The notes under the pieces were generated by a model, which worked only from the letters and a program-made list of their open reading frames with translations, did no database searches and was not told the origin of the DNA. The translations under genes were made by a program, and so were the position numbers. 34,072 nucleotides of DNA from Dehalococcoidia bacterium (GTDB taxonomy: Bacteria; Chloroflexota; Dehalococcoidia; DSTF01; JACRBR01), in NCBI GenBank assembly GCA_041494685.1, contig JBGQBE010000034.1, positions 1 to 34,072 on the forward strand, given 5' to 3'. Within the stretch, counting starts at the first letter, position 1. The number at the start of each line of letters is the position of its first letter. Of the stretch, positions 1 to 10,369 are shown in pieces.

Positions 1-1338
1 CTGCGCTACCAGCCCAGCGGCACCAGCCGCGTGATCACGTTCGCGCGCGGCCGCGTCACGGGCGGCTCGTCTGCCGTGAACACCGCCATCGCCCTGCGCG
101 GCGTGCCCGCGGACTACGACGCGTGGGCGTCGCTCGGCTGCCCGCAGTGGTCGTGGGAGAAGGTGCTGCCGGCATTCATCCGGCTTGAGACGGACCAGGA
201 CTTCGGCGACGCGCCGTACCACGGCAGCAGCGGCCCGCTGCCGGTCCGGCGCCATACGCGCGACGAACTGGTGCCGTACCAGGCGGCGTTCCTCGACGCC
301 TGCGCCGAGCTGGGCTACCCGCGGAGCCACGACCACAACGACCCGGAAGCGACGGGCTACGGCCCGCACCCGATGAACAAACGCGGCACCCTGCGCATCA
401 GCACCGCCATCGCCTACCTCGCGCCGGCGCGCGCGCGGCCGAACCTCACCGTGCGCGCCGGCACCGACGTCGTGCGCGTCGTCTTCCGCGGCGGCGATGT
501 CGCGGGCGTCGACGTGCGCAGCGGCGGCAGGACGGAGACGGTCACGGCGCCACATGTCGTGCTGGCGTGCGGCGCCATCCACACGCCCGCCGTGCTCGTG
601 CGCTCGGGCATCGGCCCGCGCGGCGTGCTGCAGCGGCTCGGCATCAGCGAGGTGTCGGTGCGCGAGGGCGTCGGCAACTGGCTGCAGGATCACCCCGCGA
701 TAGGCCCGACGCTGGTGCCGAAGCCCGGCGTGGCGGACTGGGATCAGCCCGTGATCCAGACGACCCTGCGGTATACGGCCACCGGCAGCGGCGACTTCAA
801 CGACATGCAGTTGGAGCCGCTGTCATTCATGCACATCCCGAACCAGGGTCAGCTGCTGATGGGCCTCGCCGCCTGCGTCTTCAAGTCGTACTCCTTCGGC
901 CGGCTCGAGTTCGAAAGCACCGCCGCGGACGCGAGGCCGCGCATCCTCATGGACTATCTCTCCGACGAGCGCGACTACAGGAAGCTGCTCGACGGCCTGC
1001 AACGCGGCATGGCGTTGTGCGCGACGAAAGCGATCCGCGAGGTGGCGGAGGAGGTACGCCGCCCGACCGGCGCGGAGATGGCCGACGCCGCAGCGCTGGA
1101 GACGTGGATCCGCCGCAACGCCAGCACCGGCGCGCACCCGTCGTGTACCGCGCGCATGGGCGCCGACGACGACCCCACCGCGACCTGCGACGAGTTCGGG
1201 CGCGTCTACGGCGTGCGCGGCCTGCGCATCGCCGACGCCTCCATCATGCCGCGCGTGCCCAGCGCCAACACCAACGTGCCGGCGATCATGATCGGCGAGC
1301 GCATCGGCGAGTGGGTGCGCGAGGAGCTTGCGCCGTAG
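1..1338 (+). CDS. GMC family (choline dehydrogenase-like) FAD oxidoreductase, 5' end outside the window
   Basis: Frame is open from base 1. Motifs RGRVTGGSSAVN, ACGAIHTP, VGNWLQDHP, HPSCTARMG and IADASIMP..PSANTN..AIMIGER are present. The N-terminal GxGxxG is missing, so the gene is truncated. Confidence 0.93.
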   Translation: MRYQPSGTSRVITFARGRVTGGSSAVNTAIALRGVPADYDAWASLGCPQWSWEKVLPAFIRLETDQDFGDAPYHGSSGPLPVRRHTRDELVPYQAAFLDACAELGYPRSHDHNDPEATGYGPHPMNKRGTLRISTAIAYLAPARARPNLTVRAGTDVVRVVFRGGDVAGVDVRSGGRTETVTAPHVVLACGAIHTPAVLVRSGIGPRGVLQRLGISEVSVREGVGNWLQDHPAIGPTLVPKPGVADWDQPVIQTTLRYTATGSGDFNDMQLEPLSFMHIPNQGQLLMGLAACVFKSYSFGRLEFESTAADARPRILMDYLSDERDYRKLLDGLQRGMALCATKAIREVAEEVRRPTGAEMADAAALETWIRRNASTGAHPSCTARMGADDDPTATCDEFGRVYGVRGLRIADASIMPRVPSANTNVPAIMIGERIGEWVREELAP

Positions 1339-1399
1339 TCTGCCCGGGCCCGAACGTTAACCTCCCGCTAACCTGCGGCCGTTGCCGGCACGCCTCATT

Positions 1400-1417
1400 C
1401 ATCGTAATCTGACGATG
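1400..1417 (+). promoter_or_regulatory. Probable ArsR operator overlapping the -10 box
   Basis: Perfect inverted repeat CATCGT-aatctg-ACGATG contains TAATCT (1405-1410) and sits directly upstream of arsR. Confidence 0.7.
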
Positions 1418-1419
1418 GC

Positions 1420-1697
1420 ATGGAACTCGTATCGGTCGACCAGCAGAGGCTCGTGGCGATGTTCCGCGCGCTGGCACACCCCGCGCGGGTGGACATCATC
1501 CGCACGCTCGCCGAGTCCGGCGACGCGAGCTGCATAGATCTGACGCGCCACGTCGCGCTGGCGCAGTCCACCGTTTCGGAGCACCTGCGCGTGCTGAAGG
1601 AGGCTGGCCTGATCCAGCAGTGCGGCCCGGGCACGCGCTCCGGCTATTGCCTCGACCGCGACGCGCTGGTGTGGCTCAAGCAGGCGGTCGTGGCGCT

Positions 1698-1701
<4 letters not shown>
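1420..1701 (+). CDS. arsR: ArsR/SmtB family metalloregulator
   Basis: FRALAHPARVDI and LAQSTVSEHLRVLKEAGLI winged-HTH motifs; first gene of the acr3/arsC cluster. Confidence 0.9.
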
Positions 1702-2846
<1,145 letters not shown>

Positions 2847-2879
2847 TGAGCGCAGCAGCGCAATTCCGTGAGGTGAGCA

Positions 2880-3638
2880 ATGAACGAATTGAAGAACAAG
2901 GTCGCAATCGTCACCGGTGGGGCGTCCGGCATCGGCCGCGCAGCCGTCGAGCTTTTCACGCGCGAGGGCGCAGCCGTGGTAGCAGCGGATGTGACGGACG
3001 AGGCTGGCCAGCAGCTCGCCGACGCGATCAGCAGCAACGGCGGGAGCTGCGTGTTCGTGCACGCGGACGTCTCGCGCGAAGCGGACGTCGAAGCGATGAT
3101 CCATCTCGCCCTGTCCCACTACGGTCGGCTCGACGTGCTGTTCAACAACGCGGGCATCGAAGGTGATCAGGCGCCGACCGCGGAGGCGACCACCGAGAAC
3201 TGGGACCGCGTCATCGGCGTCAACCTGAAGGGGACGTTCTTCGGGCTCAAGCATGGCATCGCCGCGATGCTCGCGCACGGCGGCGGCTCGATCATCAACA
3301 ACGCGTCCGTCGCGGGGCTCGTTGGCTTCGCCGGGATACCGGCGTACTGCGCGTCGAAAGGCGGCATCGTCCAGCTGACCAGGACGGCGGCGCTGGAGTA
3401 TGCGGCGCAGGGCATCAGAGTGAACTGCGTGTGTCCGGGCGTGATCGACACGCCTATGGTGCAGCGCTTCACGCACGGGGATGCGGCGATCACTGCACAG
3501 TTCACATCGCTGGAGCCCGTGGGGCGGCTTGGCCGCGCCAGCGAGGTCGCGGAACTCGCGCTCTTCCTGGCGTCCGATCGATCGTCGTTCGTCACCGGCG
3601 CGGTGATCCCGGTCGACGGAGGGTTCGTAGCACGATAG
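2880..3638 (+). CDS. Classical SDR oxidoreductase, probably NAD-dependent
   Basis: TGGASGIG, NNAG, YCASK; Asp at the end of beta2; RBS GAGGTG. Confidence 0.93.
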   Translation: MNELKNKVAIVTGGASGIGRAAVELFTREGAAVVAADVTDEAGQQLADAISSNGGSCVFVHADVSREADVEAMIHLALSHYGRLDVLFNNAGIEGDQAPTAEATTENWDRVIGVNLKGTFFGLKHGIAAMLAHGGGSIINNASVAGLVGFAGIPAYCASKGGIVQLTRTAALEYAAQGIRVNCVCPGVIDTPMVQRFTHGDAAITAQFTSLEPVGRLGRASEVAELALFLASDRSSFVTGAVIPVDGGFVAR

Positions 3639-3649
3639 AAAGGTGATTC

Positions 3650-4087
3650 ATGACCAAGATCCGCGTCCTCCTGCTCTGCACGGGGAACTCCGCGCGCAGC
3701 ATCATCGGCGCGGCGCTGCTGGCGCACATCGCGCCGGAGGATTTCGAGGTACACAGCGCCGGCACGCACCCGAAAGGCGTGAACCCGTACAGCGTGCGCG
3801 TGCTCGGCGAGGCCGGTATCGACGTATCGGGAGCGCGGTCGAAGAGCGTGGCCGAGTACGAGGGCCAGCCCTTCGACTACGTCATCACCGTGTGCGATGC
3901 GGCGGCCGAAGAGTGCCCGGTGTTCCCCGGGCAGCCGCGGCGGATCCACTGGAGTTTCGTCGACCCCGCGGCGGTGGAGGGCGGCGATGATGCGAAGCTG
4001 GCCGCCTTCCGCCGCACCCTGCGCGAGATGCAGACCCGCCTGACGACCTTCGTCACGGTAGCGCGCCGGACCCATTCGACCGCGTAG
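3650..4087 (+). CDS. arsC: Thioredoxin-coupled arsenate reductase (LMW-PTP fold)
   Basis: P-loop CTGNSARS, resolving cysteines in ITVCDAAAEECPVFPG, and HWSFVDP; lies in the ars cluster. Confidence 0.92.
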   Translation: MTKIRVLLLCTGNSARSIIGAALLAHIAPEDFEVHSAGTHPKGVNPYSVRVLGEAGIDVSGARSKSVAEYEGQPFDYVITVCDAAAEECPVFPGQPRRIHWSFVDPAAVEGGDDAKLAAFRRTLREMQTRLTTFVTVARRTHSTA

Positions 4088-4089
4088 AA

Positions 4090-4111
4090 CCGCGGCGGGC
4101 GGCCGCCGCGG
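4090..4111 (+). terminator. GC hairpin after arsC (no U-tract)
   Basis: CCGCGGCGG-gcgg-CCGCCGCGG begins 2 nt after the arsC stop. Confidence 0.45.
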
Positions 4112-4176
4112 GACGGTCGATCGCAGATTCCGGGCGAAAAAACCCTCAATCTCTCTAGATTCAGCCCCCGAAGCTA

Positions 4177-4206
4177 TTTACAAACTCCCGTATTTACGTC
4201 TAGATT
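4177..4206 (+). promoter_or_regulatory. Putative sigma70-type promoter
   Basis: TTTACA-N18-TAGATT in an AT-rich patch upstream of the 4335 small ORF. Confidence 0.45.
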
Positions 4207-4334
4207 GAATGCAGGGCACGGATGCCAATTGGCCCTCGCAAGATTCTCCCCTCTCTTGCGCTGCCACTTTTGACGATAGTAAGGAAGGCGGACCGCGCGT
4301 GAACCGCGCCGGGATCGCCCACGCATGAGGTGCA

Positions 4335-4571
4335 ATGTCTCAGAAGCAACGTGGTAAGCGCCGTGGTCCGGTGAACGACAGCGCACGGCCGGCGGGTCCG
4401 CAGGCCTCGCCCGGCGGCACTGCCGACCGCTACCAGAAGTACCTGCCGGAATGGATGCGCGGCACCGCCGCGGCCGCCAAGCCGGCACGTCCGCGGCGCG
4501 CGCGCGCTCCGCGCCCTGCCGGCGGCTACACGCCCGGCAAGATGGCCAGCGGCGGCGGCCAACTCTTCTAG
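4335..4571 (+). CDS. Small basic hypothetical protein (78 aa)
   Basis: RBS GAGGTG just before the ATG, a candidate upstream promoter, and the ORF fills an otherwise empty gap. No recognisable domain. Confidence 0.5.
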   Translation: MSQKQRGKRRGPVNDSARPAGPQASPGGTADRYQKYLPEWMRGTAAAAKPARPRRARAPRPAGGYTPGKMASGGGQLF

Positions 4572-4659
4572 TCCGGCCCAACCGGGTTGACGCGACGCGC
4601 GGCTACCAGCGCCGCGCCCGCGCGCATCTGGCCGCGCCAAACCGGCAACGAACGGATCG

Positions 4660-4688
4660 TGGACATTCCTCTCCACGCGTTCTAGGCT
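4660..4688 (+). promoter_or_regulatory. Promoter for leaderless PAC2 gene
   Basis: TGGACA-N17-TAGGCT, then 6 nt to GTG at 4695; no SD sequence. Confidence 0.65.
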
Positions 4689-4694
4689 GGATCC

Positions 4695-5576
4695 GTGGAG
4701 ATCGAGCAGCTACCGGACCTACAGCAACCCAACGTCTTCGTCGCCTTCCAAGGCTGGAACGACGCCGGCCAGGCCGCGACGACCGCCGTGCGCTACCTCA
4801 TCGACACGTGGAAGGCGCAGTCCTTCGCGCGCATCGACGCCGAGGAGTACTTCAGCTTTACCGACACGCGCCCGATCATCCGCATCGTCGATGGCACGAG
4901 CCGCGAGCTGACCTGGCCGCGCAACGAGTTCTTCTCCTACGCGGGTACCGAGACGTCGCCCGCCGCGGTGTTGATGCTCGGGACTGAGCCCAACCTGCGC
5001 TGGCGGTCGTTCTGCGGCGAGATTACGCGGCTTGCGAAGAGCGTCGGCGCGCGGCGCATCGTCACCATGGGCTCGCTGATCACCGAGACCGCGCACACGC
5101 GGCCGGTGCCGCTCACCGGCTTCTCGACCGACCCCGCCGTACAGGCGCGCTTCATCGCACGCGGCATCACGCGCTCCAGCTACGAGGGACCAACCGGCGT
5201 CGTCGGCGTGCTGCACGACGCCTGTCAGCGCGCGGAGGTGCCCGCCGCGAGCCTCTGGGCCGCGTCGCCGTACTACCTTGGCGCCACGCCGAACCCCAAG
5301 ACCGCGCTGGCGCTGCTCGACGCCATGGACGAGGCGCTGGCGCTACGCCTCAACCTGTCCGAGATGCGCGTGATGGCGGACGAGTTCGAGCGGCAGGTGT
5401 CGCGGGCGGTGAGCAACAACAGTGACGTGCGGGAGCAGATCCGGGCGCTCGAAGAGCGTGCCGACGCTGCGAGCGGCTCCGACGCGTCGGGGACGCCGCC
5501 GGAGTTCCCGCCGACCGGCGCAATCATCGCCGACCTGGAGAAGTACCTCCGCCAGCAGCGCGACGAGGGGGAGTAG
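4695..5576 (+). CDS. PAC2 family (proteasome assembly chaperone-like) protein
   Basis: Motifs AFQGWNDAGQAAT, GTEPNLRWRSF, HTRPVP, YEGPTG and PNPK..ALALL. Confidence 0.9.
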   Translation: MEIEQLPDLQQPNVFVAFQGWNDAGQAATTAVRYLIDTWKAQSFARIDAEEYFSFTDTRPIIRIVDGTSRELTWPRNEFFSYAGTETSPAAVLMLGTEPNLRWRSFCGEITRLAKSVGARRIVTMGSLITETAHTRPVPLTGFSTDPAVQARFIARGITRSSYEGPTGVVGVLHDACQRAEVPAASLWAASPYYLGATPNPKTALALLDAMDEALALRLNLSEMRVMADEFERQVSRAVSNNSDVREQIRALEERADAASGSDASGTPPEFPPTGAIIADLEKYLRQQRDEGE

Positions 5577-5664
5577 CGGGTAGTAGTTGGCGATTAGCGT
5601 TGAGCTCTTAGCAGCTTCCTTCGCACCCGGCCAATAGCAAATCGCTCACCGCTAACAGCTACGT
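5574..5664. repeat. Inverted pair of degenerate heptamer arrays between convergent genes
   Basis: tagcggg tagtagt tggcgat tagcgtt gagctct tagcagc (5574-5615, starting on the PAC2 stop) faces gccaata gcaaatc gctcacc gctaaca gctacgt (5630-5664). Confidence 0.75.
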
Positions 5665-5668
5665 CAGT

Positions 5669-6169
5669 TCAGCGGTAGTTCCCGAACTGCAGGTCGACGT
5701 CGTAGTCCTGCTGGCGCAGCAGCGCCATCACTTCCTGCAGTTCGTCACGGGAGGGTGCCGAGACGCGCACGGCGTCGCCCTGGATCTGCGACTGGACCTT
5801 CTTGAACTTGTGGTCCTTGATCAGCTTGACGATCGCGCGGCAGGTGTCCTGCGAGATGCCCTGCTTCAGCTCGATCTCCTGGCGCACGGTGCCGCCGCTC
5901 GCCGGCTCGACCTTGCCGCGGTGCAGGTTCTTCACCGGCACCTTGCGGCTGATCATCCGCTCCTGCAGCAGCATCCACATCGCGTTCAGGTAATACTCGT
6001 CGGAGGCGTTCAGCTCCAGCTTCGCGGCCTTGCGGTCATATTCGATCTCCGCCTTCTGGCCTTTGAAGTCGTAGCGTTGCGCGATCTCCTTCTTCGCCTG
6101 GTTGACGGCGTTGTCGACCTCCTGCAGGTCCACCCCGGATGTGACGTCGAACGATTGCGTAGCTGCCAT
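5669..6169 (-). CDS. yajQ: YajQ family nucleotide/c-di-GMP-binding protein
   Basis: SFDVTS..DLQEVDNAVNQ..KEI.QRYDFKG and the C-terminal LQFGNYR. Confidence 0.96.
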   Translation of the reverse strand: MAATQSFDVTSGVDLQEVDNAVNQAKKEIAQRYDFKGQKAEIEYDRKAAKLELNASDEYYLNAMWMLLQERMISRKVPVKNLHRGKVEPASGGTVRQEIELKQGISQDTCRAIVKLIKDHKFKKVQSQIQGDAVRVSAPSRDELQEVMALLRQQDYDVDLQFGNYR

Positions 6170-6287
6170 GTCTCACAGGTTACAGCGTCCGGCGAGCATG
6201 TTACAGGGGCCGGAGGTGACACCCGTCCCCGTCCCCCGTTCCCCCCATCCCTGTAACCTCCCCTTCGTCGCCTGTAACCTACGGGGC
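6170..6287. promoter_or_regulatory. Back-to-back leaderless promoters in an inverted repeat with 7/21-bp period
   Basis: Minus strand TAACCT (6182-6177)-N7-ATG of yajQ; plus strand TAACCT (6275-6280)-N7-ATG at 6288. GTTACAG at 6179/6200 mirrors CTGTAAC at 6251/6272. Confidence 0.7.
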
Positions 6288-7409
6288 ATGGATGTCGACG
6301 TAGCCATCATCGGCGGCGGCGTGGTCGGGCTGGCCGTTGCGGCGCGGCTGGCGCCGTCGCGGCAGGTCGCCGTGATCGAGCGGCACGGCGGCTACGGCTA
6401 CGAGACCAGCTCACACAACAGCGGCGTCGTCCACGCCGGCATCTACTACCCCACCGGCTCGCTCAAGCACACCCTCTGCATCGAAGGTAACGGCCTGCTG
6501 TACGACTGGGCGCAGGAGCACGGCGTGCGCGCCCACCGGATCGGCAAGCTGATCATCGCCGTCGATGCGGGCGAGCTCGACGCGCTGGACGGCGTCGCGC
6601 GGCAGGCCGCCGCCAACGGCGTGCCGGAGATGCGGCTGATCCGCGACGCCGCCGAGCTGCGGGCGCTGGAGCCAGCGGTGCGCTGCGTCGCGGCGCTCTG
6701 GTCCGGCACGACCGGCGTCGTCGATCAGTCGGCGCTCATGGCGTCCTACGCCGCGGAGGTCGAGGCGCACGACGGCTGGGTCGCGCTGAAGCACGAGGTC
6801 ACCGCGATCGTGCGCGCCGACACCGGCTTCGAGCTGCGCATGACCGGGCCGGACGGCGCGGCGACGGCCGTCACCTGCGGCGCGCTCGTGAACAGCGCCG
6901 GCCACGGCGCGCCCGCCGTCGCCGCGATGCTCGGCTATCCGCTCGACGGCGCGGACGGCGTGCCGCTACTGCGCCAGACCGTGAACAAGGGGCGCTACTA
7001 CGACGTGGTGACGCCGGCGAAGGCGCGCGCGCTCCGCCACCTGGTGTACCCGGTGCCGGACCACGGCAAGGGCGGCCTCGGCGTGCACGTCACGCTGGAC
7101 GTGGACGGCGGCGTGCACCTCGGCCCCGATACGGAGTGGCTGGACGGCGACGCGGCGCTGGACTATTGCGCCGACGACACGCGCCGCGCCGCGTTCCACG
7201 AAGCAGCCAGCCGCTACCTGCCCGATCTGCGGCCGGACGACATCGCGCCGGGGCAGGTGGGCTACCGTCCGAAGCTGCAGGCGCCCGGCGGCCCGATCGC
7301 GGACTTCCTGATCTGGCGCGATGGCGGCTACGTCCACCTCGGCGGCATCGAGTCGCCGGGCCTCACCAGCAGCCTCGCGATCGCGCGGCACGTGGCGGGG
7401 CTGATGTAG
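6288..7409 (+). CDS. FAD-dependent oxidoreductase, L-2-hydroxyglutarate oxidase (LhgO)-like
   Basis: IIGGGVVG, ETSSHNSGVVHAGIYY, GLGVHVT.D, GYRPKL and GIESPGLTSS. Start set at ATG 6288 from the -10 box. Confidence 0.9.
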   Translation: MDVDVAIIGGGVVGLAVAARLAPSRQVAVIERHGGYGYETSSHNSGVVHAGIYYPTGSLKHTLCIEGNGLLYDWAQEHGVRAHRIGKLIIAVDAGELDALDGVARQAAANGVPEMRLIRDAAELRALEPAVRCVAALWSGTTGVVDQSALMASYAAEVEAHDGWVALKHEVTAIVRADTGFELRMTGPDGAATAVTCGALVNSAGHGAPAVAAMLGYPLDGADGVPLLRQTVNKGRYYDVVTPAKARALRHLVYPVPDHGKGGLGVHVTLDVDGGVHLGPDTEWLDGDAALDYCADDTRRAAFHEAASRYLPDLRPDDIAPGQVGYRPKLQAPGGPIADFLIWRDGGYVHLGGIESPGLTSSLAIARHVAGLM

Positions 7410-7423
7410 CGCTCCGGGACTGA

Positions 7424-8509
7424 CTACCGCCCCACGAGTTCTCGCACCGCCGCGGCGACCGTCTCGACATCGGCATCCGAGAGCGCCGGGTGTACCGGCA
7501 GCGACAGCACTTCGTCGGCGAGCCGCGTCGCGACCGGCAGCTCCAGGTTGCCGTAGCCCAAACGCCGGTACAGCGGCTGGCGGTGGATCGGCGTCGGGTA
7601 GAAGACGCCCGTCTCGATGCCGCGCTCGCGCAGCCCGGCGCGCAGCGCCTCGCGGCCGCCGGCCACACGCACGGTGTACTGGTGCCAGACGTGCCGGCGG
7701 CCCGGCAACTCGCGCGGCAGCGTCAGCGCCGCCACGTCCGCCAGCAGCTCCGTCAGCCGCGCGGCGTTCGCCTGCCGCCGCTCGATACGCGCGTCGAGCT
7801 TCGGCAGCTGCGTCCCGCCGATCGCCGCGGCTACCTCGGTCATGCGGTAGTTGAAACCCGCTTCCTCCGTCACGTAGCGCTCCGGCTCGCCCTGCGACCG
7901 CAGCACGCGTGCCCGCGCATCGACGGCCGCGTCGCGCGTGACGATCATGCCGCCCTCGCCGGTCTGCAGGTTCTTCGTCGCGTAGAACGAGAAGCTGGCG
8001 TCACCCCACGCGCCGGCGCGCCGGCCGCGCAGCTCCGCGCCAACGGCCTGCGCGGCGTCCTCGATCAGCGCGATGCCGCGCGCCGCGCACAGCGCCGCCA
8101 CCGGCTCGACGTCGCAGATCTGGCCGTACAGGTGCACCGGCACGACCGCGCGCGTGCGCGGCGTGATCGCCGCCTCAACGCATGTCGCATCGATCCCGAA
8201 GTCGCTGGCGCGCACGTCCACGAAGACAGGCGTCGCGCCCGCGTGCAGCACGGTGTTCGCCGTGGCGGCGAAGCTGAACGCCGGCACGATCACCTCGTCG
8301 CCGGGGCCGATGCCGCGCGCCAACAGCGCCACGTCCAGCGCCGCCGTACCGCTGTTCAGCGCCACGGCGTGGGGCGCGTCCTGGTAGCGCGCGAACGCGG
8401 CCTCGAACGCGGCGACGCGCGGCCCCTGCGCCAGCTGCCCCGAGTTCAGCACCTCGATCACGGCAGCCTGCTCGTCGGCCTCGACCACGGGATGCGCGAG
8501 CTTAATCAT
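7424..8509 (-). CDS. DegT/DnrJ/EryC1/StrS PLP-dependent sugar aminotransferase (WbpE-like)
   Basis: NSGTAAL, IEDAAQA, SFYATKN (PLP lysine), GFNYRM and VLSLPVHP. Confidence 0.94.
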   Translation of the reverse strand: MIKLAHPVVEADEQAAVIEVLNSGQLAQGPRVAAFEAAFARYQDAPHAVALNSGTAALDVALLARGIGPGDEVIVPAFSFAATANTVLHAGATPVFVDVRASDFGIDATCVEAAITPRTRAVVPVHLYGQICDVEPVAALCAARGIALIEDAAQAVGAELRGRRAGAWGDASFSFYATKNLQTGEGGMIVTRDAAVDARARVLRSQGEPERYVTEEAGFNYRMTEVAAAIGGTQLPKLDARIERRQANAARLTELLADVAALTLPRELPGRRHVWHQYTVRVAGGREALRAGLRERGIETGVFYPTPIHRQPLYRRLGYGNLELPVATRLADEVLSLPVHPALSDADVETVAAAVRELVGR

Positions 8510-8520
8510 CTACTGGCTGC

Positions 8521-8548
8521 CTGGTCGTCGGTGCTTGGTGAGTAGTGG
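8521..8548. repeat. Degenerate heptamer array
   Basis: ctggtcg tcggtgc ttggtga gtagtgg in the spacer between the acetyltransferase and aminotransferase genes. Confidence 0.5.
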
Positions 8549-8559
8549 GCGCATCCGCG

Positions 8560-9159
8560 CTACTCGCCCAGCTCCGCGGCCGTGAAGTCGCGGCCGCAGG
8601 CGCCGCAGCGGTAGGTGCGCGCGCCGTGCGAGCGCCGCAGCGGCTTACCGCAGACGCACGCCCATCCAGACCGCCGGGCGGGGTTGCCGCGCACGATCGC
8701 GTGCGCGGGCACGTCCACCGTCACCACCGCGCCGGCGGCCACCATCGCCCACTCGCCGATCGTCACGCCCGGCAGGATCAGCGCGCCCGCGCCGACCGAC
8801 GCACCGTGCCGCACCAGCGAGCGCTCCTCCGTCCAGTCGGCGTCCGACTTCAGCGTGCCGTCTACGTTGATCGCGCGCGGGAAGCGGTCGTTCGCGAACA
8901 GCACATGCGGCCCCACGAACACGCCGTCCTCCAACGTCAGGCCGTGGTACAGCGACGCGCGATTCTGGATCTTGCAGCGGTCGCCGATCACGACGTCCCT
9001 GTCGACGTACACGCCCTTGCCCAGGATGCACTCGCTGCCGACGCGCGCGCCCTCGCGGATCTGCACGTCGTGCCAGATGCGCGTGGCGTCGCCGACGATC
9101 GCGTGCTCGGAGACGTCCGCCGTCGGATGGATGTGGCTGCCGGAAGCACGTGCGGTCAA
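8560..9159 (-). CDS. Hexapeptide-repeat sugar N-acetyltransferase (WbpD-like) with C-terminal zinc ribbon
   Basis: [25 protein letters not shown] and GNPAR; tail CVCG..CGAC. The TTG start is approximate. Confidence 0.88.
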   Translation of the reverse strand: MTARASGSHIHPTADVSEHAIVGDATRIWHDVQIREGARVGSECILGKGVYVDRDVVIGDRCKIQNRASLYHGLTLEDGVFVGPHVLFANDRFPRAINVDGTLKSDADWTEERSLVRHGASVGAGALILPGVTIGEWAMVAAGAVVTVDVPAHAIVRGNPARRSGWACVCGKPLRRSHGARTYRCGACGRDFTAAELGE

Positions 9160-9193
9160 GGTAGCTGTCCGATCCTGGTGTCTGCTTGCATGC

Positions 9194-10252
9194 TTAGGGC
9201 GCCTGCTCCAGCGCCGCGACCATCCGCTCCGCCGCGTGCCCGTCGCCGAAGACGGGCGGCGGGGCGCCGACCGGGCGCGGCCGCCGCGACGCCGCCAGTA
9301 TACGCTCGGTATCCGCGCCGGCGAGCACGTTCCAGCCGCCCGCCAGCGTCTCCGTCCACTCGGTCTCGTCGCGCAGCGTCACGCACGGCACACCCAGCAG
9401 GTACGCCTCCTTCTGCACGCCGCCCGAGTCCGTCAGCACCATCCGCGCGTGCTGCTCCAGCGAGAGCATGTCCAGGTAGCCTACCGGCTCCACGACGCGC
9501 ACCGGCGGCTCCACCTCGATGTCCGTGCCCATGAGCGCCGCGCGCGTGCGCGGGTGCAGCGGCAGGATCACCGGCTCGTGCAGCAGCGCCAGCGCCTCGA
9601 TGATGTCGGCCAGCCGCGCCGGGTCGTCGGTGTTCGCCGCGCGATGCACCGTCGCCAGCACGTAGCCGCCCGGTGTCAGCGCCATGTCGCGCAGCGCGTG
9701 CGACCGCTCCGCCGCGATGGCGGTGTGGCGCAGCAGCGCGTCGTACATGATGTCGCCGGTCTCGCTGACTCCGCGCGTGATGCCCTCGCGCGCCAGGTTA
9801 TCGACGGCCGTGCGCGTCGGCGCGAACAACCACGTCGAGAGCCGGTCCGCCACGATCCGGTTGATCTCCTCCGGCATGTCGCGGACGAAGCTCCGCAGCC
9901 CCGCCTCCACGTGCGCCACCGGGATGCCGAGCTTGGCCGCCGCCAGCGCCCCCGCGAGCGTGCTGTTCGTGTCGCCGTAAATCACCACCGCGTCCGGCGC
10001 TTCGTGCTGGAGGACCGGCTCCAGCCGCTCCAGCATCTGCCCGGTCTGCGCGCCGTGCGCGCCCGAGCCGACGCCCAGGTGGTGGTCGGGCCGCGGCAGC
10101 TCAAGTTCGTCGAAGAAGACGTCCGACATGGCGGCGTCGTAGTGCTGGCCCGTATGAACCAGCACCTCCACGTGACGCTGCCGGACGATGCGCGAGAAGG
10201 CGGCGGCCTTGATGAACTGCGGCCGCGCGCCCACGATGGTGACAAGCTTCAT
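9194..10252 (-). CDS. wecB: Non-hydrolysing UDP-N-acetylglucosamine 2-epimerase (WecB/WbpI-like)
   Basis: [32 protein letters not shown] and [10 protein letters not shown]. Confidence 0.93.
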   Translation of the reverse strand: MKLVTIVGARPQFIKAAAFSRIVRQRHVEVLVHTGQHYDAAMSDVFFDELELPRPDHHLGVGSGAHGAQTGQMLERLEPVLQHEAPDAVVIYGDTNSTLAGALAAAKLGIPVAHVEAGLRSFVRDMPEEINRIVADRLSTWLFAPTRTAVDNLAREGITRGVSETGDIMYDALLRHTAIAAERSHALRDMALTPGGYVLATVHRAANTDDPARLADIIEALALLHEPVILPLHPRTRAALMGTDIEVEPPVRVVEPVGYLDMLSLEQHARMVLTDSGGVQKEAYLLGVPCVTLRDETEWTETLAGGWNVLAGADTERILAASRRPRPVGAPPPVFGDGHAAERMVAALEQAP

Positions 10253-10310
10253 GCTGGCTTGAGGGTACCGGGCGAACGGAAGAGAGGACAGGCTACCACC
10301 GTACAAGCAC

Positions 10311-10343
10311 AAGAGGGAGCAGGCATGATGACTGCTCCCTCTT
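10311..10343 (-). terminator. Hairpin terminator after dnaK
   Basis: 12-bp perfect stem AAGAGGGAGCAG-N9-CTGCTCCCTCTT, 26 nt past the dnaK stop. Confidence 0.7.
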
Positions 10344-10369
10344 CTTCGTTAGGTCATCCGCAGCCAGCG

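Noticed and set aside
3650..4087. ArsC inactive because its P-loop is CTGNSARS rather than CTGNSCRS
   Set aside because: The second P-loop Cys is not the catalytic one; the nucleophilic Cys, the Arg and both resolving Cys are present.
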